DNA from: Azolla caroliniana
Lineage: Eukaryota > Plantae > Polypodiophyta
DNA length: 64,000 bases
Assembly (NCBI GenBank): GCA_043228905.1
Contig: JBHGNT010000009.1
Coordinates: 4,030,001 to 4,094,000, forward strand
Direction of reading: 5' to 3'
Of the stretch, positions 1 through 12,500 are shown in pieces. Numbering within the stretch: position 1 is the first letter of the stretch; the number at the start of each line of letters is the position of its first letter. The notes beneath the pieces were generated by a model, which saw only the letters and a list, made by a program, of their open reading frames with translations, ran no database searches and was not told the origin of the DNA. A program made the position numbers and the translations under genes.

Positions 1-560
1 TAGGAAAACAACCGTACAAAACCGTGTGCACAAAACCATGTTCCAAGCCCATGGTTTTGTGCATGCCACAAGAAAAACTGTGTTCCCAAAAACCATGGGT
101 CCAAGCCCATGGTTTTGTGCATGTTAGAAGCATGGATAGACCTATAAAAACCCTCGTAAGGTTTGTGTAAAGGGGGGGCTCAATAGAGGATATAATCACC
201 ATCACCATCATCATAAATATAAAATTCTTCTTATAATTATACTTCTTATTGTTCATCTTATTTTATCTTTGATCAATCTTATTATACTATTATTGTTCTT
301 CTTATAATCACATCGTCCTCTTCTCCATTAATTGACAGACATCCTCCCTGGTTTGAGACCCTGGTGGTCTCGTTCAAGCAAAGCACGCATGCAAGTGCAT
401 CTTCGTGACAACAGCTAATGTACGATGACTATCTCTCTGTATGAAGCGGATTGTCGAGCAATCCCTCTCTCACCTTGACCTCCATCACGTACCACAGTCC
501 CCTGATCTGATTACCATAGGAGTAATCGAAGGTGTTGTTTCCAAGTTCAAGGAGTCAACA
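1..560 (+). mobile_element. Probable LTR (right-hand part) that truncates the adjacent LINE
   Basis: Two copies of a ~35-bp motif (aaaaccatg..ccaagcccatggttttgtgcatg) near 32-65 and 89-123, a TATA-like cctataaaa near 141, and a terminal ...gtcaaca at 560 exactly where LINE RT similarity stops. The partner LTR and TSD lie outside the window. Confidence 0.45.
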
Positions 561-3500
561 ATGATATGAGACTAGACTTCCTCCAATTAATATGTAATCT
601 GGAAGCCAATGCAAATTGGTTCCATACAAGCATTCCCTTCTCAAGATTCTCTTGTGAGGCTTGTAGAAACATGAAAGAATAATCAGCCAAAGCTTGTGCT
701 ACTAGTTTCCCTCCAAACGGGTGTAGACCCACAATGACACTATTTGTTGCAAGCCTTGATAGCATCACTAACAAGGGATGAGTAACAATAGCAAACAAAA
801 ATGGGCTAAGAGGGCATCCTTGACGAACAGATCTTGTGGGGGCAATATCTGATGTAACTCCCCCATTAAGCATTACTCGAGACACCGCATCTTGTCCTAA
901 TAAAATATGTGGCGAGATATACAAGGTCCAAAGCCCATTGTATGCATTAACCCAGAAACAAATGACCAATTAACATGATCATAAGCTTTCTCCAAATCTA
1001 ATTGCACCATAATCAATTCTTGATGAGTGTTTCGAGCATAATCCATGGCCATTTGAACATTCAACACATTATGCAATATATTCCTACTTGCAATAAAACC
1101 ATATTGGGCAAGATGTATCAACTTTGGTAAATACTTTTGTAATCTATTTGCCAAGACCTTTGTAAATATTTTATACAACCCCCCCATCAAAGATATAGGT
1201 CTCCATTGATGAAATAACTTGGGAGATGCCACCTTTGGAACTAATTTAATTGAACCAACCTTCCAAGCTTGAGGCATATGACCAGAATCCCAAGAATGTT
1301 GAAACATCAAAGTTAAGGGCCCCTTTAAAATGTTTGAATATCGCTTAAAAACTTCATTTGTCAAGCCATCCCAACCAGGGCTCTTACCACTAGGAAGATG
1401 CCTTAAAACCGTGTCCACCTCATCCTAAGTGAAATCTGCATCCAATTCATGACTAATGAGGTCATGCACAATACGTCCAACCACATCATAAAACTCATGA
1501 CGTGCTCTACTCACCTCATTTGTCATTAACAATTGTGGATCAATCAACTCCTTAAAGTACATAATGAACACATATGTCAATTATTGTAGTAGGATCCACT
1601 ATCAATTCATCCCCTTGCTTTACATGTACCACATTAGATCGAGCATAAGTAGGATGTAACGCTTGGAAAAACAAATGAGATTGGCATTGGTTATCTATGA
1701 GCCCATCCCTCAATTGACGCATCTTCGCATAACGATAACTTTGGCATTGCAACTGAGAAATCACTTGAGGATCATATTTATCCCGCATGATTAATACCAC
1801 ACCTGAATAATGATTATTAAGATGTCCTGCATAGAATAATGAATATCCACTCAAATGAACTATGGATCCTACTAACTCATGACACTTATGTTGAGCACAT
1901 CATACATCTCATTCTTTACTTAACAAAGTTTCCCATAATATATACTTCTTATGAGGAAAACATGCCCCTCACACATTCCATGTTACCACTTTCATTCAAT
2001 CAACAATGTTATGGGTGCACTTGCTCCTTTAGAGCAACCGATGTCATGAAACTAGTCAAAGAATTTTCCAATGTTGCATATGGATTCTCATGCACCACAT
2101 CCTTAGGGTTGTCTATCGAAATATTTTGTTTAGGTCCTCCCACTTGACAAAAACCTCGAGAATTCGATGAATTTACAACCCATCCCAATGAATCAAATTG
2201 AAGGTGAAGGGGTAATCCCTTATCCCTAAATTATCGTTGCCAAGGAACCTTTTGAGGACACTCCCTAGTTCCTAAATTACCTTGCCAAGTAGTCTCACGA
2301 GTAGTGGGCAAACTATTACGTTGCATATTCATTGATTTCCCCTTCAACTTGCCCTTAACCTAATGCCAACCTTTGTCAACAACAACATCACTACTAGCTC
2401 TATCCAATGGTTTTCTCCCCTTATCTATAAGTTATAACCACTAAACTTTGTTTTTCCATATCCATAGATTGAGTTCCCTTATTCTTAGGGCCCAAACTTT
2501 GAAGTGAAACCTCTTTATAACCAGCTCTAGATGATGTTCCTTCATTCATGACAACCACAATATCTGACACACCAACATCTCTCCCAACTCCTTCCTTACC
2601 ATTCCCTTCATTAGGAACCTCTATAGTTAAAGGACAATGGCGATGGCATTCCGCCATAAAGTGACCCCATTCACCACATCCAAAACAATGACACGTAAAT
2701 GTCTCCCACTTCAATTTAAAACAAAGTATTTTCATACCAGGTGTGTTCAGACACACCCATCATGGCCTCTTACGACTTGTATCCCATAACACACAAAATC
2801 TGCACTTATTTGTAGCATTTGCATGTGGAGATACCAACATTTAACTCATCAACTCTAGTAAAAGTGGCCATAAAAAAGCATGCTTACAATCCACTATTAC
2901 CCAAACAAGGCATTCTTGTTTTAACAAAGCATGATAGTCCACTACAGGGGACCATTGCATTACATGCACCAATCGTTTATCAAAAAACACAGGAACTTTA
3001 GCCAACAATGCACTTCGATGTTCCGGTGAATGAAATACTACATCATAAAACCCTCTTGGTCCTGCATATGTATTTTCAACACAATTTGATGACACAATTG
3101 TGTTCAACCATTGTTTAATCCAATTAATGTATGGGAGTTTCCCGGTAGAAAATAATATAACTACACGATCATAGAATACATCAAAAGTTTGCAACACTTC
3201 CTTAACATCAACTTCCACATCATGCACATCCTCATCAATGCATTCTTTCACTTCATTTTCATTTTCTTCCACAATATCAAACAACAAGGTATTTGCAATT
3301 CCCCATAAATTATCCCAATTACTATGGCCCTTGTCAACCTCACCTGCATGTATTACTTCGGCATATGTCAATTTTTTCTCATTAATTCCCTCAATACCCT
3401 TAAACCGCTTAGAGCTTCCAATGTCTTCCCTTTCACGATTACATTCAACCATAGTACGTAAAATTCGTGTTCATCTAGCATAACATTCGTTTTCCTACGT

Positions 3501-3985
3501 TGGAAAACGAATGCGAATGTTATTCAAACATTCTTGTGTTTTTTTTGCTTTTTTGTTTTTTTCCTTTTTTTTAGGTTTATTTACCTCATAATAAATAGTT
3601 AAAAGTATGGTATTTACCATTCTTTGAGGGTGTTTATCATACTCAAATGATTGAAACATTCACGAATGCAAATGCATGTATGGTGCGTATGGTTCATACT
3701 ATGCATTCAACCATCACATTACTCTTTTTTTGATCAATTGTTTCCATATCGATGTCCCCCACAATTTCTAAGGAATTCATGACATTTATATCCATTATTC
3801 TTGATGTGATTTCGATCTGGGATAAAAAGAATTTTCCTTGAACAAGAGAGACAACCGGAACTCCCCTGATTGAGGAGGTCGAAGACGATGAAGACAATAG
3901 AAAACCCACAATGTGTGTTGAGTATGTGGATGCCGACAACACACGATTCTTTATTTCTATCGTTGCTTCTCGTACAGACCACCAA
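561..3985 (-). mobile_element. Degraded L1-type LINE (ORF1 with CCHC knuckle; ORF2 endonuclease/RT fragments)
   Basis: RT motifs KSPGWDG, WRPISL, LDLEKAYD and RQGCPLSP in ORFs 897-1418 and 547-969. ORF1-like 2841-3452 with zinc knuckle CFGCGEWGHFMAEC in 2421-2756. Several stops and frameshifts; endonuclease region largely deleted. The 5' boundary is approximate. Confidence 0.85.
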
Positions 3986-4149
3986 ATTTAACTTGTTATA
4001 TCTCGTTACGAAGCCCTAATCGAGAGCTTTGTAACACTTATCTTTGTGCCCAATTCCGTTGCTGATAAAGAGCACAGTAATAAAAACTAATTCGCTTCTT
4101 CTATTTCCCCGCTCCACTCTTGTTTCCTCTCTCTCCTCTTTTTTTATTA

Positions 4150-4544
4150 TAATTAACTTGCCCTAATGGTAAGTTGTTAACACTATAATCACTACATCTT
4201 GGATTCAAAACCCAATTTTCTCACCTCTCTATTATATACTTGCCAATGTGGAATGTAGGGGTTGAACCCATGTCCATCTGCTCTCGATTGGGCAGCCCAA
4301 ATAAACATAAAATAGGGAAAATGTTTGAATCTCGTAATTAGCTTACCCTAGTGGTAAGTCGATAACACTACAAGCACTGTGTCTTGGGTTCGAACCCCAA
4401 TTTTCTCACCTCTCTATTATATACTTCATATATATCTCTATTTCACTAGATGCCACTGTGGAATGTAAATGTGGAATGTAGGGGTTGAACCCATGACCAC
4501 CTGATCTCCATTGGGCAACCTTACCAACTGAGCTACATCCATCT

Positions 4545-4579
<35 letters not shown>

Positions 4580-4650
4580 AATTTACTTAACCCATGACCA
4601 CCTGGTCTCCATTGGGCAACCTTACCAACTGAGCTACATCCATCTGGGCT
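4150..4650. repeat. Duplicated tRNA-derived (SINE-like) units in both orientations
   Basis: Plus unit at 4150-4241 and 4335-4426 with A-box-like taccctagtgg and B box ggttcgaaccc. Minus unit at 4471-4548, with partial copies at 4248-4294 and 4589-4650, reads ggatgtagctcagttggtaag...ggttcaacccctacattcca. Confidence 0.6.
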
Positions 4651-6019
4651 CTCTCTCTCTCTCTCTCTCACCAACAATCGCCACAATTTACAACATATTT
4701 TCCGTCTCTATCTCTCTCCTATTGCTAGTGGCGCCAACATTGAGGAAGGTCGTGTACAAAGAAAGGGAACCTATGTATGTGACAATTCGATTACTTCCAT
4801 TGCATAAAACCATACTCTCAAATTCATTATTTTCTTTGTAACAATATGACTAGGGATATTCTATAATTTCCTCGTAAATATTGTGATATGTTGGATTTAA
4901 GTGACTGCAAGACTACAATGGGTAGTTGAAGCATTGTAGTAAGCTTAAACAACTGGCGTGTGTGGGGGCACCCTAACAATTAGTGAAGATTTTGAAATTA
5001 TTTGTCTTCTTTGTTTTGTTGTTAAATATAATGCTTAGTTCAAGTAATGAGCCTCCATGTTCTTTAATCTAGCCAAGACCTCCACACTTTTGTCATGGCT
5101 ACTACTTTGATGGGCCTCTCACCCTCATTTCAACAATCGTCATTGAGTAGATGTGATTTCCATGCCCTAAACTATGCCTCATGATGATGGTCATTAACAT
5201 AAATATATACTATGGTCATATTGGGAAAGGGTATGATTAAATATACAAAAATATATAATCCATTGACATATAAAGATTGATTTATTCTTGTCCTTAAAGT
5301 TGAGGTCATGGTTCAATATTATATCTAATGCAAAATATGTGTTAAATGACAATCAAATATGTACTAATCGTATTTAGCATAAACTAAAGATCAATGAGAG
5401 AAAACGAGATTTTAGGTCCAAATATAAGAAAATAGCAAACAGAATGGTTGACTTTTAATAGCATGACATCATCACTTCATATGGACCTACATGATTGAAA
5501 TTACGGCAAGGAAATCTGAAATATAAGTTTATAACCCCTCCATGTTTTGTAGCAACATGTTTATGATTGTTAGTGAGCCATGGCTATAAAAAAAACATAG
5601 GTAGATAGAGAGCTAGTTTAAAGTTCGGCCATGAGTTGGAAGATACAAAGAGTAGTCAAAGATTGGTGTCTTAATAATTGAATATTTCTAGAGACATGCC
5701 AAGTTCTCTAGGTGAACGATGTATAATTAGGCTTGTATATATTTCTACTAGATCTTATCCCATCTATTATTTGACTAGAATAAATGTTGGCATTCTTTCA
5801 CCTTATATAAAGAGATAAGCAAACCCCATCTCCTTAATCAAACAAATGACACCATTTTTTCTAACATTACAGTAAATGAATGAAGTTTTACTCACATGGC
5901 TAAATACATTTATTTATTTATTTTGAACAAAATATCCTTCCATTAGTTTTTAAAAAAGCATATCAACTACAACCTTAAGGAACATCACGCAATCTAGATC
6001 TATGTTTTGATTTGTGACC

Positions 6020-6680
6020 TCATGAAAGCGATGAAACACTTCGTCGAGCCTTATCTAAAGATCCAATGATGCTACAAGCTCTCAATGAGCAAATGAAAGT
6101 CACAAAGTTAGGAAAGAGCCCTTCAAGTTGCATCCTTTCTAGACATTTTAGGGCCTCTTCACCGTACCCATATTCAACATAACCAGAAATAAGTGAATTC
6201 CACAATACATTGCCTCTGGATGATAGTAGTCCAATGACTACAATAGCATCTTCAAAAATGCCACATTTAGCATATGCATCAACTAGAATAGCCACAAGCC
6301 AAGGATTTGAATCAAGTCCCCTTTCAATTATCTCATTATAATGGAATTCTTGGCCTCTTCTGATAGCTTTTAGGCTTATGCATGCCTTCAAGGTGCAAAT
6401 ATAGGTCACAACATTCAGCAAAGAACCTTAAGATTGCATGTATGAGAAACATTCCAACGCCTTTGTGCCTGGTCCATATTCCACGTAACCTGTAATAAGA
6501 GCATTCCAAGAGACCACACCTCGACATGGCATCAGATGAAACGTTTTCTTTGCCTCTACAAGAGATCCACATTTGGCATACATGTCCACAACAGTGCTTC
6601 CGACAAAAGCATCACTTTCAAGCCCTTGTTTCACAATCCACAAGTGTATAGACCTCCCATCATCCATGAACTTCAGCTGA
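6020..6680 (-). pseudogene. PLS-class pentatricopeptide repeat (PPR) pseudogene fragment
   Basis: PPR motifs VDMYAKCGSL, VVSWNALITGY, WNSLISGY and PNFVTFICSLRAC split over ORFs 6428-6667 and 6020-6421. Intronless and truncated. Confidence 0.85.
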
Positions 6681-7209
6681 GCCCATGCTTTTGTGGTTGC
6701 AACATTGCTAAATATATTTTGCTACACTATTACATTAAATTGATTCAATCTCTATATAAATGTGCACAAAGAACCGAGGTAGAGAGACAAATATTACTAT
6801 CATCCTAATCTAAGTCAAATATGAACTATGGAACCAAATTGAGACAATTTTACATAATGTTTGTGAGAAGTTTACTAGTGAATGTTGCAATTGAAAGTGG
6901 ACATTGTAATTGTGTGAGATGAATGTTCTTAAGATACACATGAGACTAGTACCAAGTAGAATTATGACACATTAGAGCGTTTGCATCACCTGTATAAAGA
7001 TTCTCACTATTGTAGTATGGTCAACAATGGGGTTTTCAAGTGGATTGTTTGTTTTACTTCTTTGAAGAGAGGGGAAGGGAGAGTGAGGTCAATCACAAAG
7101 GGATCTTAATTCCATTATAAGGTAGTCCTTCTATGAAAGTTATTACTTGTGAGAGAGAGAGAGAGAGAGACTTGATTGTTTTTAAATCTTTGTACATATT
7201 GGGAGTGTG

Positions 7210-7219
7210 TATGTATGTG

Positions 7220-7251
<32 letters not shown>

Positions 7252-7293
7252 TGTATGTATGTATGTATGTATGTATGTATGTATGTATGTATG
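7210..7293 (+). repeat. (TATG)n microsatellite
   Basis: Directly visible tandem tetranucleotide run. Confidence 0.95.
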
Positions 7294-8196
7294 CACATTC
7301 ATATTATTCATGCCACACATATGTACCTATATACATGCTAGAATATGGATGTGATAGGTTCTCGAATTCATGCAAGTGTTCACTTTATTGCATGTCATTA
7401 TTCATCCCATGCCATATCATTGGATGTATGATTCTCCCTAAAAGAAGTGAAACTGAAATATAAACAACCTTCCTCTTGTTCTTTCTGAAGACAAGTATAT
7501 GTTTAGGTTGAAGTTTGAACCATCCTAAAACATAGATTCTCCCCGCAACTCTCTTTCACATGCACATAAAAATCGTGATACATACACACATCTCCTTGCG
7601 TGTGCACACACACACACACACACACATAGAGGCAAATATTGGTAAAATTCATTCACTTTCTTGGTCTCTTAAAGATTGGGCCATGTGTATGTGAGGTCGA
7701 ACTTCTTTTCTAACCCAACTATTTCTCGTAATGACAGGGGAATGCGGGAGCATGAGACACCCCAAGACATCATAGCAACTATCGTAAATGGCAACTTATG
7801 TTTCAACCTAGAATAATTACGAAAGTTTGAATGGATTTCAATTCAAGGGGTCGTGATGTAAACCCCGATGTTGAGGTTGAGGTTGCGTTGGGACTGGGAA
7901 TGGGACGGGGGCCACCTTCCGTTCTTAGTGCGAATGGAAAAAAAGATGGTTCATAACCTTTGAAACACAACAACCACCACCACCCTGAGAGGACACTTTA
8001 TGTTGTTGAAGGGTCATATTCAAGAGGGTTTCTTGTATAATGTTAAAGGTAAGAGATTTTAGTAAGGGCTTGTCTCCCTTTAAGCCCATCAAGACATGTT
8101 CTCATGTGTACTCTCTCTCTCTCTCTCTCTTAAGATGTAATCTCCTATTTGGTCTTATAGGCCATTTTGGCCTCTTAAAAGACGTTAATATATCTT

Positions 8197-8199
<3 letters not shown>

Positions 8200-8263
<64 letters not shown>

Positions 8264-8303
8264 CTATGTGTGTATCTCCAAACCTTTAATAAAGACACAT
8301 ACA

Positions 8304-8357
<54 letters not shown>

Positions 8358-8360
8358 GAT
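8200..8360 (+). repeat. Compound microsatellite (CT)n/(TATC)n/(CATA)n/(TA)n upstream of the EPFL gene
   Basis: Directly visible. Confidence 0.9.
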
Positions 8361-8699
8361 ACATATAGGGGCCAATGTCCATTCTCTAGTCTACACCAAG
8401 GGAATTATAAGTATAATTATTGGGAAAACACACACACACACCTATACATCATTATAGTGTACAACAATATGATTAAGCTATCTAGTGTGCTCATAATTGA
8501 TTCCTCTCATCATGATATGTTTAAATTCACAATGACCACCACATCAGTTTCTTCATTGTCGTTACTACATAACCGTACCCCTGCTATCCCTAGCTTGCCC
8601 CTTCTAGTTAGCTCCTCGATCAACCCATCTTCACACTATGATCTTTGTGCATATTCAAGTTCCGGCCCCAGCTCAATACGGGCAGCACGACAGCGAAGA

Positions 8700-9618
8700 A
8701 TGATTATCTATGATCCCACTATATTCATGATGTCCATCCTACTACTCTTAAATTGTGGCATTGAGCCAGCAATTGCTCATTATTGTAAGTGGTTAGCATC
8801 AATCATTATTGGGTCCATTAACATTGAATGTATAAATAAATTGATATGTAAATGATGATATACATAGTGTTATGTCTGGCTTTAGATTTTTAATCGTGGT
8901 ATGTTGGATTTTCAGCACTGAAAGATCATCCTAATGCAGATTCTGGATTAGCTACTAAGCCGATAGGAACACGATATGAAGAAATCGCGACATCCTCTGC
9001 CAATCATCTCGGCCATAGTCGCCGTCTCGCCATGTTGGTAGTGTGCCGCGTGAAATTATGCTTGATACTTAATCCTTTTGATGGACAACAAGTTAATGAT
9101 CAATATATATAACTGTACTAGCAATTTAATGTAGATAATTGTAATGCTCAAAATGAATTTAACTTAGGAAATCAATGGGAGGTGCTCCTGGTAAATTCAT
9201 GGGATGTAAAGAGCAATATATATTGATTGGGTGAAATGTTTATATCATGCTCAAAAAAAATATTGTTTCCCTCTAGGGTGCTCATGGAAGGATGATTCAT
9301 AGCAACAACAATGCCAATGACAATCGCGACAACAACAACAAAGATGACGACAAGAACCGCATTAACAAAAAGAAACACAAGTCTTATAAGAAATCTAATA
9401 GTGATTATGTGGACCTCGATGATGATGATGATGATTCGATATATGGTGTAAGGGCATTGGTGGGTTCATCACCTCCAAAGTGTATCAAGAAGTGTGGGAC
9501 ATGTTCACCATGTAGAAGTGTGTTGGTTCCCATTCACACGAGTCTTTCATCTGCCCCCACACAATACTACCCCGAGGCTTGGAGGTGCCAATGCAAGGGG
9601 CATCTCTATACTCCTTAG
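8700..9618 (+). CDS. EPFL: EPIDERMAL PATTERNING FACTOR-LIKE secreted peptide, EPFL4/5/6-like; exons 8700-8784, 8916-9037, 9277-9618 (start may be an upstream in-frame ATG, e.g. 8532)
   Basis: C-terminal GSSPPKCIKKCGTCSPC...YYPEAWRCQCKGHLYTP six-Cys EPFL domain. Hydrophobic signal-like stretch in exon 1. GT-AG introns with phases that keep the frame. Confidence 0.9.
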
Positions 9619-9884
9619 ATCTCTATCTTACCTATATCTATGTTTGAAGAACCGTCATTAGATCACTTGGAGTAAGCAACATTAAATTTTATTAACTTAT
9701 ATGCTCATTCAAAATGTTTATCATGTATGATGTTCTTCACCATCATGGACAAGTACACACCTTGAAGAATGCCTCACTTAAGCCACATACCATGTACTAC
9801 TACTCATAAAGGGCATCCTAAAGTGCCCTATATTGCCCCAAATGTGTTGATATTGAGCTTGTTGATCTCTATGTCCTTGCTAAG

Positions 9885-10325
9885 TTTACCCTAACCCTAA
9901 TCACTCATAAAGCCCTAATCCTCATCTCATAGACCACCTAGTTCATAAAGTAAAATCTCTTGGTGCCTAAAATTTAAACCCTAAACCCTATTCGACACAC
10001 AAGTAAAAACCTTGTAACCTCTAAATCTCATCTCTAAACCATCATTTCTAGTACCTAAATCTTAACCCCAATGAAGAGTCAAATGTCGGATCGACACACT
10101 CCTAAACCACAAAAGTCAATAAACCCTATATCCTAATACTTAGACCCCATAAATCCCACTTTCAATGGTCACAACATCCGTATTCCATAAACCATAATTC
10201 CAAGGAGGGTTTTAGGGATGTTAGGGTTTAGGGTTTAGAGTTCAAAGCTTGGGGTCTAGGGTTTAGGGTTTTAGGGTCATCTCTAGACCCTCAAATTTAA
10301 TCCTTAACTCTAATGCCTAAACCAT
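9885..10325. repeat. Degenerate telomere-like repeats (AAACCCT/TTTAGGG) in both orientations
   Basis: accctaaccctaa and taaaccctaaacccta on the left; agggtttagggtttag and tagggtttagggttttaggg at about 10205-10277. Confidence 0.6.
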
Positions 10326-10624
10326 ATACATGACATGGCCTACATATACATCAAACAGGAGCGCCAACTCGAAGTGATGTGTTTTGTCGGGTCATTAAAA
10401 CCCTGTCTATAATTATTTAAATCAGCATGAGGGGGGAGCATGTAAAAAAATGTGCCCGAGAGTTGATTAACTTTGGCATTGAACGTTTGAGGATTAATGA
10501 TCATGAACCCATCAAATATTTTTTAGAGTTAGTAGTTCCATTTGGAGATGTAATTTGGATATGGTAAATAAATCCATTGTTTGATTGGTTTAATATTGTG
10601 TTCATTGGCAAAATGTGAAGGAAA

Positions 10625-10626
<2 letters not shown>

Positions 10627-10662
<36 letters not shown>
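10627..10662 (+). repeat. (CA)n microsatellite
   Basis: Directly visible. Confidence 0.9.
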
Positions 10663-10664
<2 letters not shown>

Positions 10665-11889
10665 CACAACACATTGAAAGAGAGGGAGGACTAATTTGTG
10701 ATCACTATGCCCCCAACCCAAGGCAAACCAAAACAAATAAAATAAGAAGAAAAGATGCCCTAGACAAATTTACTCGTGCTCCTACTAACACCACCTCTAC
10801 TTCTACTCCTACTAATCCTACTAACGTAAGTCACAAGTTTCCCTCTCTCTTTTTTCCCCTTTTATATAATACTCTATTCACATATTTAGCCTAAATCATA
10901 AGGTCTATATTTATATGTACATGTGTATACCATTATTATAGAGATATACACTTTGTTAGTGCAAATTTAGTTAAATCAATATATGTAACACTAAACTTAG
11001 TATTGTAACATATCGAACAAAGTGTATTGAATTCAACATTGTCGACAAGAGTTGACTGCTTAATTATTCCTTGCTCGTGCTCTTGCCTCCTCCCTCCCTC
11101 ATTCCCAAACTTACATGTTTGAATGGATGACCTTCTGGTCTCTTTTTTTCCTCACACACAAACACACACCCAAGTTAATATGTGATGTTAATAACAAACT
11201 TTGATTTCTAATTGTTAATTTAATGTTAGTAATGAACTTTGAGATCGGCGTTGCTTTCCAGTAGTTTGATCGAGGGAATTGGAATAATTTATTGAACTAT
11301 GTATGCTTTCTTATATGATAAAAGACAAATTAGCTTATATGTTCATTTGATTTCATTTTCTTATTATTTATTATGTGTATTCATGAACAATGGAAAGATG
11401 AATCATTTCTCTCCTTGAAGTGTGTGAGCTCTAGAAGACTTATTTAAATATAGCTAGAATTGGCATCTAGTAGTGAGCTCGAATCAAGGATACCTACATG
11501 GATAAGACACTAAAAAGGGAAGAGAGGGAGAGAGAATGTGTCTTTGTGCACGCTTGGGCACCGAGCGCCTTATAAGAATCTTTTACTTCTTACTTTAGTG
11601 TTACCATAAATAATGTATATCACTTAATGAAATCGTGAGTAGGATGTCTCTAATATTTCTCTCCAATCTTGTTGGCTACTTAAAGTACAATAGGGAAGCT
11701 TGACTTCATCAATTCGTGTCCCCTTTTGGCTTAAATTCTTATTATCTTGTAAATCTTGGTTGGTAAAAACAATTACTTAAGTTCTATGTATAGACAACTG
11801 GTACATCACATGCATCATTCCATCTATGTAATGGACGAAGGGAATTGCAATACCATTCTATAACTTCGGATTATGCATCACTTAAAATT

Positions 11890-12500
11890 GTTCGAGCCAA
11901 TGCACCACACAATGTTGTGATGTGAACTCCAACCCAATTGTTAGAAACCAGAAATAGCCAAAGCATTATAAACATTATTTAAGACAAATATGAAACTATA
12001 AGCTAGAAATGATCTCCAATTTACAAAATTGTATGGAATTCATGAAGAAAGATGAACTTGTAGAGGTAGATTAATAATGTCCAAGGAAGATACTAGCATG
12101 ATATGTATGTCGTGGTGAACAAGTTATTTTAGGACATTTGCATGATTGTATAAGTCTAATATGTTAATGTAGCTAGTAACCTACTAGGACATTATTGGAG
12201 TACCTCAAGGGTGGAATGCATGTGTAGCCATAGTAGCTAGGTCTAATGTATGTTTTTCTATGGATTCCATGTTGGTTGGACTCCTTGTATAATGATGTGG
12301 CTATTAATTGGATTAGTTGATATCGCAACATGTCAATAATCATGATGAAATATCTACATATAAGTAGCTTGTGATATGCTTTTAAGATACTCGTTTACAA
12401 AGAAGTACAACTTTAAGGCTTTGGTACCATTTGAGTAGTGATGGATGGTTTCACCAATTACTATCAATATGACGATTACATGTCAAACCATACACGGATA
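11890..12500 (+). mobile_element. Highly decayed hAT-like (DUF659-type) transposase remnant
   Basis: Translation near 12268-12330 gives HVGWTPC...LVDIA, resembling the hAT HIFWTPCAAHC..L.L.DI motif. No long ORF. Confidence 0.35.

Noticed and set aside
4471-4548. Functional tRNA gene
   Set aside because: D and anticodon arms do not pair canonically and it is duplicated with decay; treated as tRNA-derived
7093-7463. ORFs with repeated HTYI/MYVC peptides
   Set aside because: Translations of the (TATG)n microsatellite
8040-8460. 5' part of the 271-aa ORF
   Set aside because: It runs through compound microsatellites; only the 3' part is plausibly EPFL exon 1
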